64,000 bases of DNA from an uncultured Dehalococcoidia bacterium (GTDB taxonomy: Bacteria; Chloroflexota; Dehalococcoidia; Lucifugimonadales; UBA1123), in assembly GCA_951812505.1 (NCBI GenBank), contig CATOSI010000001.1, positions 750,012-814,011 of the forward strand, read 5' to 3'. Every line of letters starts with the position of its first letter. Position 1 is the stretch's first letter. The position numbers and the translations under genes are program-made. The notes below the pieces were generated by a model. That model was given only the letters and a program-made list of their open reading frames with translations, was not told the origin of the DNA and made no database searches. This document shows, piece by piece, positions 49,755 to 60,199 of the stretch.

Positions 49755-51110
49755 TCACAGCCGGGTGGACCGCCCATCCACCCCTGGATTCCCGCCTTCG
49801 CGGGAATGACGGTGGTTGTGCGAAGGTCTCCCTTCACGGGAATGACGGTAGTTATACAAAGTTCTCCTTTCGCGAGGATGGCGCGAAACTTCAACATCGG
49901 TGATTTTGGGGGAGCACGAATCGTCGAGAGCCGCTATGCCGGGCAGTTCCCTACCTTCCAGATATTCGAGGGCGGCGCCGCCGCCGGTTGAAACGTGTGA
50001 GAACGCGTTTTTCAATCCCAGTGACTGAACAACATCTGCTGTGGAGCCACCGCCGGTTACGGTAAAGGCATCATCAAGTGATGCGATTGTCCGGGCGACC
50101 CCGCGTGTACCGTAGGAGAACTGCTGCCACTCGAACACACCCATGGGCCCATTCCAGACCACAGTGCGGGCGTTTTCAAGTCTTTTCTGATACAAGCGCA
50201 CCGTACGTGGGCCTATATCCATGACAATGCGACCGCGTGGAATCGAGTCCACACAGATCGTGTCAGGCGCGGCAGACTCATCGAAGCTATCGCAGACAAC
50301 GATGTCACGCGGCAGCACGATTTCTACGCCATCGGCGCGGGTGCGGTCCAGCACTCGGAGAGCCAGTTCCACGTCGTCCAAATCTACGCCTGAATCGTAG
50401 CTGAGCTTGCCCTGAGCGCAGAGGAACGAAGCAGCCATTCCGCCGCCGATCAGGAAGACATCAGCAATATCGGCCAGGCGATCAATTACAGGAACCTTGT
50501 CTGAAACCTTCGCGCCCCCCATTACAATTACATACGGATGCTCCGGTGTGTGAATGACGCCGTCCAGCGCGCGTACCTCCGATTCGATGAGGAATCCGGC
50601 CGCCGAGGGCAGAAATTCCGTAACTCCGGCGGTTGAGGCATGACTCCTGTGCGCGACGCCGAAGCCGTCGTTGACGTAGAAGTCGGCTAGGCTAGCCAGC
50701 CTTAGGGCGAAGTCCCTGTCGTTACTCTCCTCGCCGATGTGAAATCGCAGGTTTTCCAGCATGACGATACGCCCGGGGCTCATGTCGGAGATGGCGGCCT
50801 CGGCTTCTACTCCAACGCAGTCAGACGCCAGCGCAATCGGACGCTGCATGATCTCCGAAAGGCGGAGAGCCACGGGGGTCAGGCTGTACCTGTCGTCCCG
50901 GCGACCGTGCGGCCTTCCGATGTGGGAGCACAGAATTACCCGACAGCCACGTTCGAGGAGATACTCTATGGTGGGAATTGATTCGACGATTCTGGAGTCA
51001 TCGGATATCTGCCCAGTGTCGCCAACGAACGTCACATTGTAGTCCACTCTGACGAGCGCCCTGTCACCGGGCGCTATGTCAAGGTCGCGGACGCTCCTCT
51101 TACGAAACAC
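49755..51110 (-). CDS. pgk: Phosphoglycerate kinase with repeat-derived C-terminal extension
   Basis: RVDYNV, SHIGRP, LENLRF, GGAKVSDK, WNGPMG, GGGST, HVSTGGGA, LPGI. Confidence 0.95.
   Translation of the reverse strand: MFRKRSVRDLDIAPGDRALVRVDYNVTFVGDTGQISDDSRIVESIPTIEYLLERGCRVILCSHIGRPHGRRDDRYSLTPVALRLSEIMQRPIALASDCVGVEAEAAISDMSPGRIVMLENLRFHIGEESNDRDFALRLASLADFYVNDGFGVAHRSHASTAGVTEFLPSAAGFLIESEVRALDGVIHTPEHPYVIVMGGAKVSDKVPVIDRLADIADVFLIGGGMAASFLCAQGKLSYDSGVDLDDVELALRVLDRTRADGVEIVLPRDIVVCDSFDESAAPDTICVDSIPRGRIVMDIGPRTVRLYQKRLENARTVVWNGPMGVFEWQQFSYGTRGVARTIASLDDAFTVTGGGSTADVVQSLGLKNAFSHVSTGGGAALEYLEGRELPGIAALDDSCSPKITDVEVSRHPRERRTLYNYRHSREGRPSHNHRHSREGGNPGVDGRSTRL
49786..49882. repeat. REP palindrome followed by degenerate 36-bp tandem units
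   Basis: GGGAATGAC at 49802 and 49838, GAGGATGGC at 49874 (period 36). Confidence 0.8.
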
Positions 51111-52114
51111 TATGCCTCTCCAGCCATGTATCGCAGAAGTTCGCAGAGATCGTCGGCACCCTGACCAGTGGGCAGAACGGACCGTACCAGATCCGTCGCT
51201 CGCGCGACGTGGGAATCAATCTCCCGTGCGGCATCGTTAGCCACACCCAGGCCCGAGATGATCTCCGACAGGTTCCTGGCGTCGGAGGGCTCCAGCACGC
51301 GCTTGAAGTAGTAGTCGCCCAGTCTCCTGCGCTCTGTGGGTGAAGCGACCTCGAACGCTCTAACCACAGGATAGAGCTTCTTCTTGTTCATGAAGTCTTC
51401 GGAGGGAGCAGCGTCGGCGCTGGTTGCGGAGGCAAGCTGCGCCATGTCCTCGGCGATCTGAACGGCGATCCCCACTTCGCGGCCGGCGTCGGCGAACGAC
51501 TCGCGTATCTCCGTACTGCCGCCCGCGACCAGAGCGCCGAATTCCATAGCACACGAATATACTGACCCCTCCTTCGCTCCCGCCATATCGAGGTATGCGT
51601 CGGAGGACATGTCGAGCCGCTCCTGCGCCTCCAGGTCCATAAAGCGGCCCTCGCAGGTTGCGAGGCTTGCCTTGTCGAGCAGCTTTACCGCTTCAAATAC
51701 CCTATCGGGACCGACACCTCGCTCACCCAGTCCGAGCAGAGCCAAACGCGCGAGGGCATGCATTCCATCGCCTGCATTGATAGCCTGCGCGGGACCCCAC
51801 TTCCACCAGACTGAATCCCGGTCATTCCGGGCAATCTTGCCCGCCTGAATATCGTCGTGTATCTCACAGAAGTTGTGCACGAGTTCGATGGCCGCCGCGG
51901 TCGGGAGGGCGGCTTCGAGGTCGTCGCCGAGCGCATCACAGGAAGCCAGGCACAGAGAGCCGAGCGGTCTCAATATCTGTGAAGATGTGGAGCCTGTCTC
52001 AGAATCCCAACCCAGGTGGTGTTCCATCATCGAATACAACGGAAGTCCACGATCTGAAACTATGCGCCTCAGCTCCGTCTCAACCAGCGAGCTGTAGCCG
52101 ACTATGCTTTCCAA
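51110..52114 (-). CDS. Polyprenyl synthetase family protein
   Basis: AAAIELVHNF..IHDDIQ, AINAGD, EGRFMDL; Asp-rich motifs are degenerate. Confidence 0.85.
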   Translation of the reverse strand: MESIVGYSSLVETELRRIVSDRGLPLYSMMEHHLGWDSETGSTSSQILRPLGSLCLASCDALGDDLEAALPTAAAIELVHNFCEIHDDIQAGKIARNDRDSVWWKWGPAQAINAGDGMHALARLALLGLGERGVGPDRVFEAVKLLDKASLATCEGRFMDLEAQERLDMSSDAYLDMAGAKEGSVYSCAMEFGALVAGGSTEIRESFADAGREVGIAVQIAEDMAQLASATSADAAPSEDFMNKKKLYPVVRAFEVASPTERRRLGDYYFKRVLEPSDARNLSEIISGLGVANDAAREIDSHVARATDLVRSVLPTGQGADDLCELLRYMAGEA

Positions 52115-52233
52115 TCCGCGACTCCTTCCGCAAGGAAGTCTGAGCCTTCACTCTCAGCTATTTGAGTGGCTGCTTAGTTGAGCCTGCGGCTCAGTTCCGC
52201 CCATCCTAGCTTGTATCCTACCTATAGTGGATT

Positions 52234-52869
52234 TTACACTTCCAGCGGTATGCCTGCCAATTTCTGAATGTGTGACGGGGATACAGCGCCCTCGCGCAGA
52301 ATACGGGGCGGGTTGGCAGTGACGTCAATTACGGTGGATGGCAAGGAGGGAGAAAGCACACCGCCGTCGAAGACGAGTTCGAGCCGTCCGCCGAGTTCCG
52401 CGACGACATCGGAGGCGGCAGTGAGCGGCGGTCTGCCACTCACGTTGGCGCTGGTAGCCGTGATCGGAGCGCCTAGCTCACGGACAATCTCCCTGGGGAT
52501 GGGATGGTCGGGGATACGAAGGCCGACGGTATCGAATCCACCGGATACCACAGAGGGTATCCGCTCGGACTTGCCAACGACGATTGTCAGCTTGCCGGGC
52601 CAGAACAGTTCAGCGAGCCGGACGGCGACGTCAGGCACATCGCGTCCGTAGCGGAAAATGTCGCTAGCCTCGCAGAGGAATATAGGCAGCGGACTAAACT
52701 CTTCGCGTCCCTTGACGGTAAACACTTTCGAGGCGGCGTCCGCATCCAGCGCATTGGCGGAGATTCCGTAGAGGGTGTCCGTCGGGAGGGCTATCACGCC
52801 CCCGCTTCGGAGAATCTCAACCGCCCGGATTGTGGATGTGGATAGAATATCGGGTACCTGCAATTGCAC
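52234..52869 (-). CDS. tsaC: L-threonylcarbamoyladenylate synthase (Sua5/TsaC)
   Basis: PTDTLYG, KGR, FWPG.LT, RIPDH, TSANVSG, PSTVID, ILREGA. Confidence 0.93.
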   Translation of the reverse strand: MQLQVPDILSTSTIRAVEILRSGGVIALPTDTLYGISANALDADAASKVFTVKGREEFSPLPIFLCEASDIFRYGRDVPDVAVRLAELFWPGKLTIVVGKSERIPSVVSGGFDTVGLRIPDHPIPREIVRELGAPITATSANVSGRPPLTAASDVVAELGGRLELVFDGGVLSPSLPSTVIDVTANPPRILREGAVSPSHIQKLAGIPLEV

Positions 52870-52961
52870 GACTCGTAAATGCGACTAAAACCACGTTCAT
52901 CGGATGTAAATTGCTTGACCCAAATATAGCACATACGCTAGCCTGAGATCAGAGACTGCCC

Positions 52962-54626
52962 ATGTCTTCAAGCCATTTTCGAGACTCAAATCAGCCTGCA
53001 TCCGCCGGTCGAAATCCGGTCGGATCGGCATACTCCAGAGGTATGCAGTCGGAGGGCGTCACGACTCCTAAATCTGCAGATTCAGGACATCAAGAGACTA
53101 TCGTAGTCATTGATTTTGGATCTCAGTATTCAAGGCTGATCGCGAGACGGATCAGGGAATCCAGCGTGTACTGTGAGCTGATTCCCCACTCCGCACCGTG
53201 GGAGATGGTAGAGTCGCTCAATCCCAAGGGAGTCGTACTGTCGGGCGGCCCGGCGAGCGTGTATGAAAACGGCGCACCACTCGCGCCGGACTGGGTGTAT
53301 GAATCCGGTCTGCCGATTCTTGGCATCTGCTACGGAATGCAGGCGATGGTGCACCAGCTTGGCGGCAAGGTCGCGCCGGCCTCTCGGCGAGAGTATGGGT
53401 ATGCGGAACTGCTGCAAGACGAGCCCTCGGACGCGATCTTCGATGGCACGCCAGAATCCATGCAGGTTTGGATGAGCCATGGCGATCACATATCCGAACT
53501 CCCTCCAGGTTTCAGCACCCTGGCCCACACCGACAACTCTCCTATCGCGGCGCTGGGCGACGGCAACGGGAGACTTGGGATACAGTTCCACCCAGAAGTC
53601 GTGCATACGCCCAAGGGCAGGCAGTTAATCGAGAACTTCCTGTATAAGATTTGCGGATGTTCAGGGGCATGGACGCCGGGCAATTTCGTTGCCGAGACGG
53701 TCGAATCCATTCGGCGCCAAGTTGGGGATGGAAAAGTCATCTGCGCGCTTTCGGGCGGCGTTGACTCGGCGGTGGCAGCGACGCTGGTGCATCGAGCAAT
53801 CGGCGACCGGCTCACATGTATTTTCGTCAACAACGGCCTGATGCGTCACCAGGAACCTGAGCGAGTCCAGGAGACTTTCGAGAAGCACATGGCTATGAAT
53901 CTGAGCTATGTGGACGCCTCGGAACACTTCCTAGGGGCCCTGAGAGCCGTCACCGACCCGGAGAAGAAGAGGAGGATCATTGGGGAAGAGTTCATCAACG
54001 TGTTCGAGGGCGAGGCTTCGAGACTGGGGCGTGTTGACTTCCTAGCTCAAGGGACTCTGTATCCCGATGTGATCGAGAGCCAGGTCCCCGGCGACGACGT
54101 CTCGGCGAAGATCAAGACGCACCACAACGTGGGTGGACTCCCCGACCACATGAGGATGGAACTGGTCGAGCCACTGCGTTACCTCTTCAAGGACGAAGTC
54201 AGAGAAGTCGGCATGGAACTCGGACTGCCGCGCGAGATGATCTTCAGGCAGCCATTCCCAGGTCCGGGACTGGCAATCAGGATTATCGGCGAGATCACGC
54301 ACGAAAGCCTTGAAACGCTCCGGGAAGCCGACCGTATCCTCATGGAGGAGATCGAAGCGAACGGTCTATATGACGATCTGTGGCAGAGTTTCGCTGTGCT
54401 GACCAACTCGCGTTCGGTCGGAGTAACGGGGGACTTCAGAACGTATGGCAATGTGATTGCGATAAGGGCAGTTACCAGCGACGACGCGATGACCGCAGAC
54501 TGGGCACGCATTCCCTATGATGTTCTGGCGCGAGTCTCGAACCGTATCTGCAACGAAGCTCCGAACGTGAACCGCGTCGTGTATGACATCACCAGCAAGC
54601 CTCCCGGCACCATCGAGTGGGAGTAG
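52962..54626 (+). CDS. guaA: GMP synthase (glutamine-hydrolysing)
   Basis: [43 protein letters not shown]; the start may be further downstream (53044). Confidence 0.97.
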   Translation: MSSSHFRDSNQPASAGRNPVGSAYSRGMQSEGVTTPKSADSGHQETIVVIDFGSQYSRLIARRIRESSVYCELIPHSAPWEMVESLNPKGVVLSGGPASVYENGAPLAPDWVYESGLPILGICYGMQAMVHQLGGKVAPASRREYGYAELLQDEPSDAIFDGTPESMQVWMSHGDHISELPPGFSTLAHTDNSPIAALGDGNGRLGIQFHPEVVHTPKGRQLIENFLYKICGCSGAWTPGNFVAETVESIRRQVGDGKVICALSGGVDSAVAATLVHRAIGDRLTCIFVNNGLMRHQEPERVQETFEKHMAMNLSYVDASEHFLGALRAVTDPEKKRRIIGEEFINVFEGEASRLGRVDFLAQGTLYPDVIESQVPGDDVSAKIKTHHNVGGLPDHMRMELVEPLRYLFKDEVREVGMELGLPREMIFRQPFPGPGLAIRIIGEITHESLETLREADRILMEEIEANGLYDDLWQSFAVLTNSRSVGVTGDFRTYGNVIAIRAVTSDDAMTADWARIPYDVLARVSNRICNEAPNVNRVVYDITSKPPGTIEWE

Positions 54627-54628
54627 GT

Positions 54629-55918
54629 ATGGGTCTTGCCAAGAACGTTCTGATCGTCGGCAACGGCGCGCGCGAGCACGCGATTGCGTGGAAGATAGCC
54701 TCCAGCCCGCACAAACCGCGAGTTCTGACTGCTCCGGGCAACGCGGGAACCGCACAACTGGGCACCAATTTCGACGTTTCCGCCGAGGATATAGAGGGGC
54801 TGGTGAAACTGGCCTGCGACGAATCAGTGGACCTGACGATCATCGGGCCCGAAGTTCCTCTCGCCACCGGGGTTGTGGACAGGTTCCGCGAAGGAGGTCT
54901 GCGCGTATTCGGACCGACGAAGTCGGCTGCGCGTATCGAGGCCAGCAAGTCTTTCGCCAAGGACGTGATGGCGGCGGCTAACGTGCCTACTGCCGAGGCA
55001 GAGGTATTCCAGAATGCCGCCGCCGCCATCGAATACATCGAGTCGGCGACACCGCCATTCGTCGTGAAGGCGGACGGCCTTGCGGCGGGCAAGGGCGTGA
55101 TAATGTCGGCGACGGCGGAGGAAGCGGTTGACGCGATAAACTCCATGTTTGTCAGCCAAGAGTTCGGCAGCGCAGGGGACACGGTACTGATAGAGGAGTG
55201 GCTGCAGGGTCAAGAGGTCAGTGTGTTCGCGTTCGTGGACGGCCCCTATGTATCGGAGATGACCGCGGCCTGCGATTACAAGCGTGCAAAGGACGGTGAT
55301 CTTGGTCTGAACACAGGAGGCATGGGCAGTTACAGTCCTCCTCGCTTCTGGGACGAGGAGCTCGACAAGAGAGTGCGCTCGGAGATCATGGAGCCAGTCG
55401 CAACCCACATGGCACAGCTTGGGTGCCCTTTCCAGGGTATCCTGTACGCGGGGCTTATGATAACCGAGGACGGACCCAAGGTGATCGAGTTCAATTGCCG
55501 CATGGGAGACCCGGAGGCGCAGGTTGTCATACCGCGTCTAAAGTCGGACCTGCTGGAGTTGGCCTGGCGCTCATCAGAGGGCAGCCTTGCGGGACTAGAA
55601 GTCGAGTGGTCGAGTGATTCATGGGTTGGCGTCGTGCTGGCGTCGGACGGTTATCCTGGGAAGTACGAGACTGGATTTGAAATTGACGGGCTACCCGACC
55701 AATCTGAAGAGTGTATTGTATTCCACGCCGGAACTGGATTAGTCGAAGTATTAGAATTAGACCAAAACGCTAAAATCTCGACTTCTGGCGGAAGAGTGAT
55801 GACGGTCTCTAGCCGTGGCGACTCAATAGCCGAGGCGAGACGTTCGGCATATGAAGTTGTGGATGGTGTGCAGTTCGGCAATGTATATTTCAGACGCGAC
55901 ATTGCGGCGGGTGTGTGA
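54629..55918 (+). CDS. purD: Phosphoribosylamine--glycine ligase
   Basis: GNGAREHA, GPEVPL, KADGLAAGKGV, NTGGMG, EFNCRMGDPE, FHAGT. Confidence 0.96.
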   Translation: MGLAKNVLIVGNGAREHAIAWKIASSPHKPRVLTAPGNAGTAQLGTNFDVSAEDIEGLVKLACDESVDLTIIGPEVPLATGVVDRFREGGLRVFGPTKSAARIEASKSFAKDVMAAANVPTAEAEVFQNAAAAIEYIESATPPFVVKADGLAAGKGVIMSATAEEAVDAINSMFVSQEFGSAGDTVLIEEWLQGQEVSVFAFVDGPYVSEMTAACDYKRAKDGDLGLNTGGMGSYSPPRFWDEELDKRVRSEIMEPVATHMAQLGCPFQGILYAGLMITEDGPKVIEFNCRMGDPEAQVVIPRLKSDLLELAWRSSEGSLAGLEVEWSSDSWVGVVLASDGYPGKYETGFEIDGLPDQSEECIVFHAGTGLVEVLELDQNAKISTSGGRVMTVSSRGDSIAEARRSAYEVVDGVQFGNVYFRRDIAAGV

Positions 55919-55993
55919 AAAAGTGTCGGTTTCCGAGATGAGATGAATGGATTCCCGCCTTCGCGGGAATGACGCGACAATAGAGGTTAAGAG

Positions 55994-56452
55994 ATGCCAC
56001 TTGTAGGTGTACTGATGGGCAGCAGTTCGGACCGCGGAGCAATGGAGCCAACGTCGGAAGTGCTGGAACAGCTTGGAATCAGCCATGAAGTCGAGGTGAT
56101 GTCGGCGCACCGCACACCTGACAGGGTACGAGAATACGGAATGTCCGCGAGAGACAGGGGCGTTGAAGTAATCATCGCGGGGGCAGGCGGTTCCGCGGGG
56201 CTTCCCGGCGTGCTGGCGTCTTGGACAACATTGCCTATTATTGGCGTGCCGATACCGTCCAGCGACCTCGAAGGTATTGACGCGCTCTACGCAATCGCGC
56301 AGATGCCGCCAGGAATTCCGGTGGCATGTGTCGCGGTGGGATCGTGGGGGGCGAGGAACGCGGCGTTCCTAGCGGCGCAGATACTTGGGGGGAAGCACGA
56401 AGAGGTGCGGAAGGCATACGACAACTATCGGGAAGGGCTGAGAAATCGGTAA
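55994..56452 (+). CDS. purE: N5-CAIR mutase
   Basis: MGSSSD, SAHRTP, IAGAG, PIIGVP, QMPPGIPVA. Confidence 0.96.
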   Translation: MPLVGVLMGSSSDRGAMEPTSEVLEQLGISHEVEVMSAHRTPDRVREYGMSARDRGVEVIIAGAGGSAGLPGVLASWTTLPIIGVPIPSSDLEGIDALYAIAQMPPGIPVACVAVGSWGARNAAFLAAQILGGKHEEVRKAYDNYREGLRNR

Positions 56453-56557
56453 TTCGGCGCAGTGGGTGGAATGCCGATTTCCCAGGGCTTATCGAGCACC
56501 CTTACCTTAGTACCGGGTCCAGATGATTATGATGCAAAGCAACCAGCCCCCACCCCT

Positions 56558-56730
56558 GGATTCCCGCCTTCGCGGGAATGACGAATCGCAGTTCACCCTC
56601 ACCCTAGCTCTCTCCCGTCGAGGGGGAGGGGATTTCAACATACAAATGACGAATGGGACTTGAAAGTACGCTGAATACAACAAAACTAAGTGGACATGGT
56701 ACTAGCCCTCCCCATCAAGGGAGAGGGGGC
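56558..56730. repeat. REP palindrome plus two CCCTC...GAGGG palindromes
   Basis: REP at 56558-56582; hairpins at 56596-56631 and 56706-56730. Confidence 0.75.
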
Positions 56731-56770
56731 TTATCCGAGCAGGACCGGGCATGGATGGAGATATGAGTAG

Positions 56771-58063
56771 ATGATCGAGCGATACGCCCGACCACGCATG
56801 AAACAGGTGTGGTCGGACGAGAACAAGTACGACAAGTGGCTTCTGATAGAGCTTGCAGTGTGCGAAGCATGGATGCAGGCGGGGGTGATTCCCCAAGAGG
56901 ACATGGAAAAGCTGCGCGTCGCCACATACGACATAGAGCGTCTGAACGAGATACTCAGAGTCACCAGACATGATATGACGGCGTTTCTGGGATCCATGAC
57001 GGAGCAGCTTGGGCCGGAAGGCAGGTGGCTTCACCTGGGACTGACGACAAGCGACGTTTGGGACACCGCCACCAGCCTTCAGATGGTGGACGCGGCAGAC
57101 GCGCTCAACGACGAGATTGAAAGCTGCATCGCAACGCTCGCCGATCGGGCGCGCGAACATAAGGACACCCTGATGATGGGACGCACGCACGGCGTACACG
57201 CGGAACCCATCACGCTCGGGCTAAAGCTGGCGCTGTGGTGGGACGAGATGCGCCGGAACAAGGCTCGGCTGGCGCAGGCAAGAGCGGAAATCGCCGTCGG
57301 CAAGATCTCGGGGCCGGTCGGTACGCACGCTACAGTATCGCCGGAGATCGAAGAGATGGTCTGCGAACATCTTGGGCTCGCAGTAGCACCCGTATCGAAC
57401 CAGGTAATCCAGCGGGACCGCCACGCCAATTTCGTGACGACGCTCGCCGTAATAGCTGCGTCTTTAGAAAAGTTCGCTACCGAGATTCGAGGGCTGCAAC
57501 GCACCGAGATACGTGAACTCGAAGAGCCGTTTTCAGAGGGTCAGACGGGGTCCTCTTCAATGCCGCACAAACGCAACCCAGAGCTTACAGAGAGAGTCTG
57601 CGGGCTTGCGCGGCTGATTCGAGGGCATTCGGTTACTTCGCTGGAGAATGTCGCGCTGTGGGGCGAGAGGGACATCAGCCATTCGTCAGCCGAAAGGCTG
57701 ATACTTCCCGACTCCTGCATGGCTCTGGACTACATTCTCAACCTGTTCACGGGTGTCGTAGAGGGTATGAGTGTGTATCCGAAGCGCATGAAGGAGAACA
57801 TGGAACTCACACGAGGGCTGCTGTTCTCCCAGAGGCTCATGCTCACTCTCATAGAGAAGGGAATGAGCCGCGAGGACGCTTATAAGACAATGCAGAAGAA
57901 CGCAGCCCTGACGTGGGACGAGGACGACGACTTCCGTGAGCTGGTCCGAAAGGACACGGCAGTCTGCGAGAGGCTGGAAACTGGGGAACTGGACGATATA
58001 TTCGACTATGGATACTACGTCAGGTTTGTTGACGACGTGTTCGAGCGCGTGGGACTGAACTGA
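56771..58063 (+). CDS. purB: Adenylosuccinate lyase
   Basis: MIERY, TRHD, HLGLT, GRTHGVHAEP, GSSSMPHKRNP, ERDISHSS. Confidence 0.97.
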   Translation: MIERYARPRMKQVWSDENKYDKWLLIELAVCEAWMQAGVIPQEDMEKLRVATYDIERLNEILRVTRHDMTAFLGSMTEQLGPEGRWLHLGLTTSDVWDTATSLQMVDAADALNDEIESCIATLADRAREHKDTLMMGRTHGVHAEPITLGLKLALWWDEMRRNKARLAQARAEIAVGKISGPVGTHATVSPEIEEMVCEHLGLAVAPVSNQVIQRDRHANFVTTLAVIAASLEKFATEIRGLQRTEIRELEEPFSEGQTGSSSMPHKRNPELTERVCGLARLIRGHSVTSLENVALWGERDISHSSAERLILPDSCMALDYILNLFTGVVEGMSVYPKRMKENMELTRGLLFSQRLMLTLIEKGMSREDAYKTMQKNAALTWDEDDDFRELVRKDTAVCERLETGELDDIFDYGYYVRFVDDVFERVGLN

Positions 58064-58090
58064 CGAATCACGAAACATTGGGAAAGAGCG

Positions 58091-58972
58091 ATGACACTAA
58101 CGACTGTACACGAAACCAACCTTCCGAACCTGCTGTACCGCGGCAAGGTCAGGGACACCTACCCAATTGACGATGAGAAGCTGTTGATGGTCGCTACGGA
58201 CCGAATCTCGGCATTCGACGTGGTGCTGCCCACGGGGATACCGGACAAGGGCGCGGTTCTGAACGGAATATCCGCGTTCTGGTTCGATAAGACGGCGCAC
58301 CTGGTCCCGAATCACCTGATCGAGATGGCCGTTGATCGTCCAGACCTGGACATTCCAGAGGAGATAGCCCGACGGGCCATGGTGGTCAAGAAGGCCGACC
58401 GCATAGACGTGGAGTGCGTCGTGCGCGGATTCATCACGGGGTCGGCGTGGTCGGAATACCGGCGTTCAGGTACCGTTCAGGACAAGCCTATGCCGGAGGG
58501 ACTGAGAGACGGAGACCCGTTCCCTGAAGTCCTTTTTACGCCGACGACGAAGGCGGAGGTAGGGCACGACGAGAACATGAGCTTCGAGGAAGTAGTGGAC
58601 ATGGTCGGCCAGGAGATGGCCGAACGCCTACGGGACACTACGATAGAAGTTTATGAGTACGCAAGGGACTATGCCCAGGAACGCGGGATCATCATAGCGG
58701 ACACCAAGATGGAGTTCGGGACGATTGACGGCGAACTGATTCTGATTGACGAACTGCTGACGCCCGATTCGAGCCGGTTCTGGGACGCTGAGGGATACGA
58801 GCCCGGGAAGTCTCAGCCGAGTTACGACAAGCAGTTCGTGCGGGACTGGCTGGACGACTTCGGTTGGGACCATGAGCCGCCCGCGCCCGAATTGCCTGAG
58901 GATGTCGTATCCCGGACGACCGAACTCTACGCAGAAGCGTATCTGAAATTGACCGGACTCGACCTGAAATAG
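58091..58972 (+). CDS. purC: SAICAR synthase
   Basis: GKVRD, TDRISAFD, ECVVRG, FTPTTKA, ADTKMEFG, TPDSSRFW. Confidence 0.97.
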   Translation: MTLTTVHETNLPNLLYRGKVRDTYPIDDEKLLMVATDRISAFDVVLPTGIPDKGAVLNGISAFWFDKTAHLVPNHLIEMAVDRPDLDIPEEIARRAMVVKKADRIDVECVVRGFITGSAWSEYRRSGTVQDKPMPEGLRDGDPFPEVLFTPTTKAEVGHDENMSFEEVVDMVGQEMAERLRDTTIEVYEYARDYAQERGIIIADTKMEFGTIDGELILIDELLTPDSSRFWDAEGYEPGKSQPSYDKQFVRDWLDDFGWDHEPPAPELPEDVVSRTTELYAEAYLKLTGLDLK

Positions 58973-59122
58973 CATAATTGACTGTCAGCGTGAGTTGCGC
59001 ATGAAGGAAGTGGATTACCGCTTCCAATTTCCACGGTGACAGGCTTCGAGGGAATGACAAGTGGCAGGGGGAAGATAACGTGCGACTTCCTGTTGAATAA
59101 GGGACTCTCGGTCAAGGCAGAT

Positions 59123-59767
59123 ATGTCAACTACATCCAATCGTTCAAGTGGAAGAATGACGCCGACGCAGGCGCGAGCCGCGCGACGACAGCGACGGCAG
59201 CGACGCAGGCGTGTTTACAGGTACGCTGGCGGAGTAGCGATAGGCTGCGTGGCCGGCGCCCTGATACTGTCGCTCTTCCTTCCGGGATTGCCGCTAGACA
59301 GTCTATTCCGGGGCGGCACACCTGAAGGGCCAGGAATTCGCATCGAGGACCAGGGTCGCGAACACGTCGCGCCCGGCGAGGAACATCCGGCATACAGTAC
59401 CCTGCCTCCCACATCAGGGTGGCACTACAATGTTCCTCTCGCCCCGGCCAGATGGGGAATATACGACGAGGAACTGGAAAACGAAATCCTTCTGCACAAT
59501 CTTGAACACGGCTATGTGAACGTCCACTATAACTGCCCCGACGGATGCGACGAACTTGTGGCACAGCTGACCGAGCTGGTGCAGGAAGGCGTCGACCGAG
59601 GGGGCAAGCTGCTGATGAGTCCGTATTCGGACATGGACAGCCGGGTCGCTCTGACGGCGTGGAACTTCATTGACCAGTTCGATGAGTTCGACGAAGACAG
59701 GGTAAGGGCATTCGTCAACGCACATGAGAGTTCCCCTAACGCTCCGGAGTGGAACGTATCAAGGTAG
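59123..59767 (+). CDS. DUF3105 membrane-anchored protein
   Basis: Arg-rich N-terminus plus TM helix; PPTSGWH, LHNLEHG, ALTAW. Confidence 0.8.
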   Translation: MSTTSNRSSGRMTPTQARAARRQRRQRRRRVYRYAGGVAIGCVAGALILSLFLPGLPLDSLFRGGTPEGPGIRIEDQGREHVAPGEEHPAYSTLPPTSGWHYNVPLAPARWGIYDEELENEILLHNLEHGYVNVHYNCPDGCDELVAQLTELVQEGVDRGGKLLMSPYSDMDSRVALTAWNFIDQFDEFDEDRVRAFVNAHESSPNAPEWNVSR

Positions 59768-59872
59768 GTGACCATGGTATCTCGGCACAGTCCAGCGATT
59801 TCGGCAGGCATAGATTCCCGCCTACGCGGGAATGACGGAGAAGAATGCGGGAATGACGGAATTGGGTAGGCA

Positions 59873-60121
59873 ATGTTTATAGCAAAGGTCTATATCAGCC
59901 TGAAGCCGAGCGTGAACGATCCGCAGGGGCTGACCATACGGAGCGGTCTTCACCAGTTGGGCTTCGACTCGGTCCTGGATGTAAGGGCCGGCAAATATAT
60001 GGAGATCCGGGTAGATGAGGGGGAGGAGTCGGCGGCGCGAGATCGCGTATCTCAAATGTGCCGTCAACTGCTGGCGAACCCGATCATAGAGGACTTCAGG
60101 TTCGACTTAGAGACCATCTAG
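59873..60121 (+). CDS. purS: FGAM synthase subunit PurS
   Basis: LKPSVNDPQG, VRAGK, MC.QLLANPIIE. Confidence 0.95.
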   Translation: MFIAKVYISLKPSVNDPQGLTIRSGLHQLGFDSVLDVRAGKYMEIRVDEGEESAARDRVSQMCRQLLANPIIEDFRFDLETI

Positions 60122-60199
60122 CGGATAATCTCGCGCCACTTCCCGACCACGCGAAACTTTCTTCTGGATTCCCGTTTTCACGGTAATGACGATACCTGA

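Noticed and set aside
49670..49897. ORF with [11 protein letters not shown] peptides
   Set aside because: An alternative-frame translation of the REP element, not a gene
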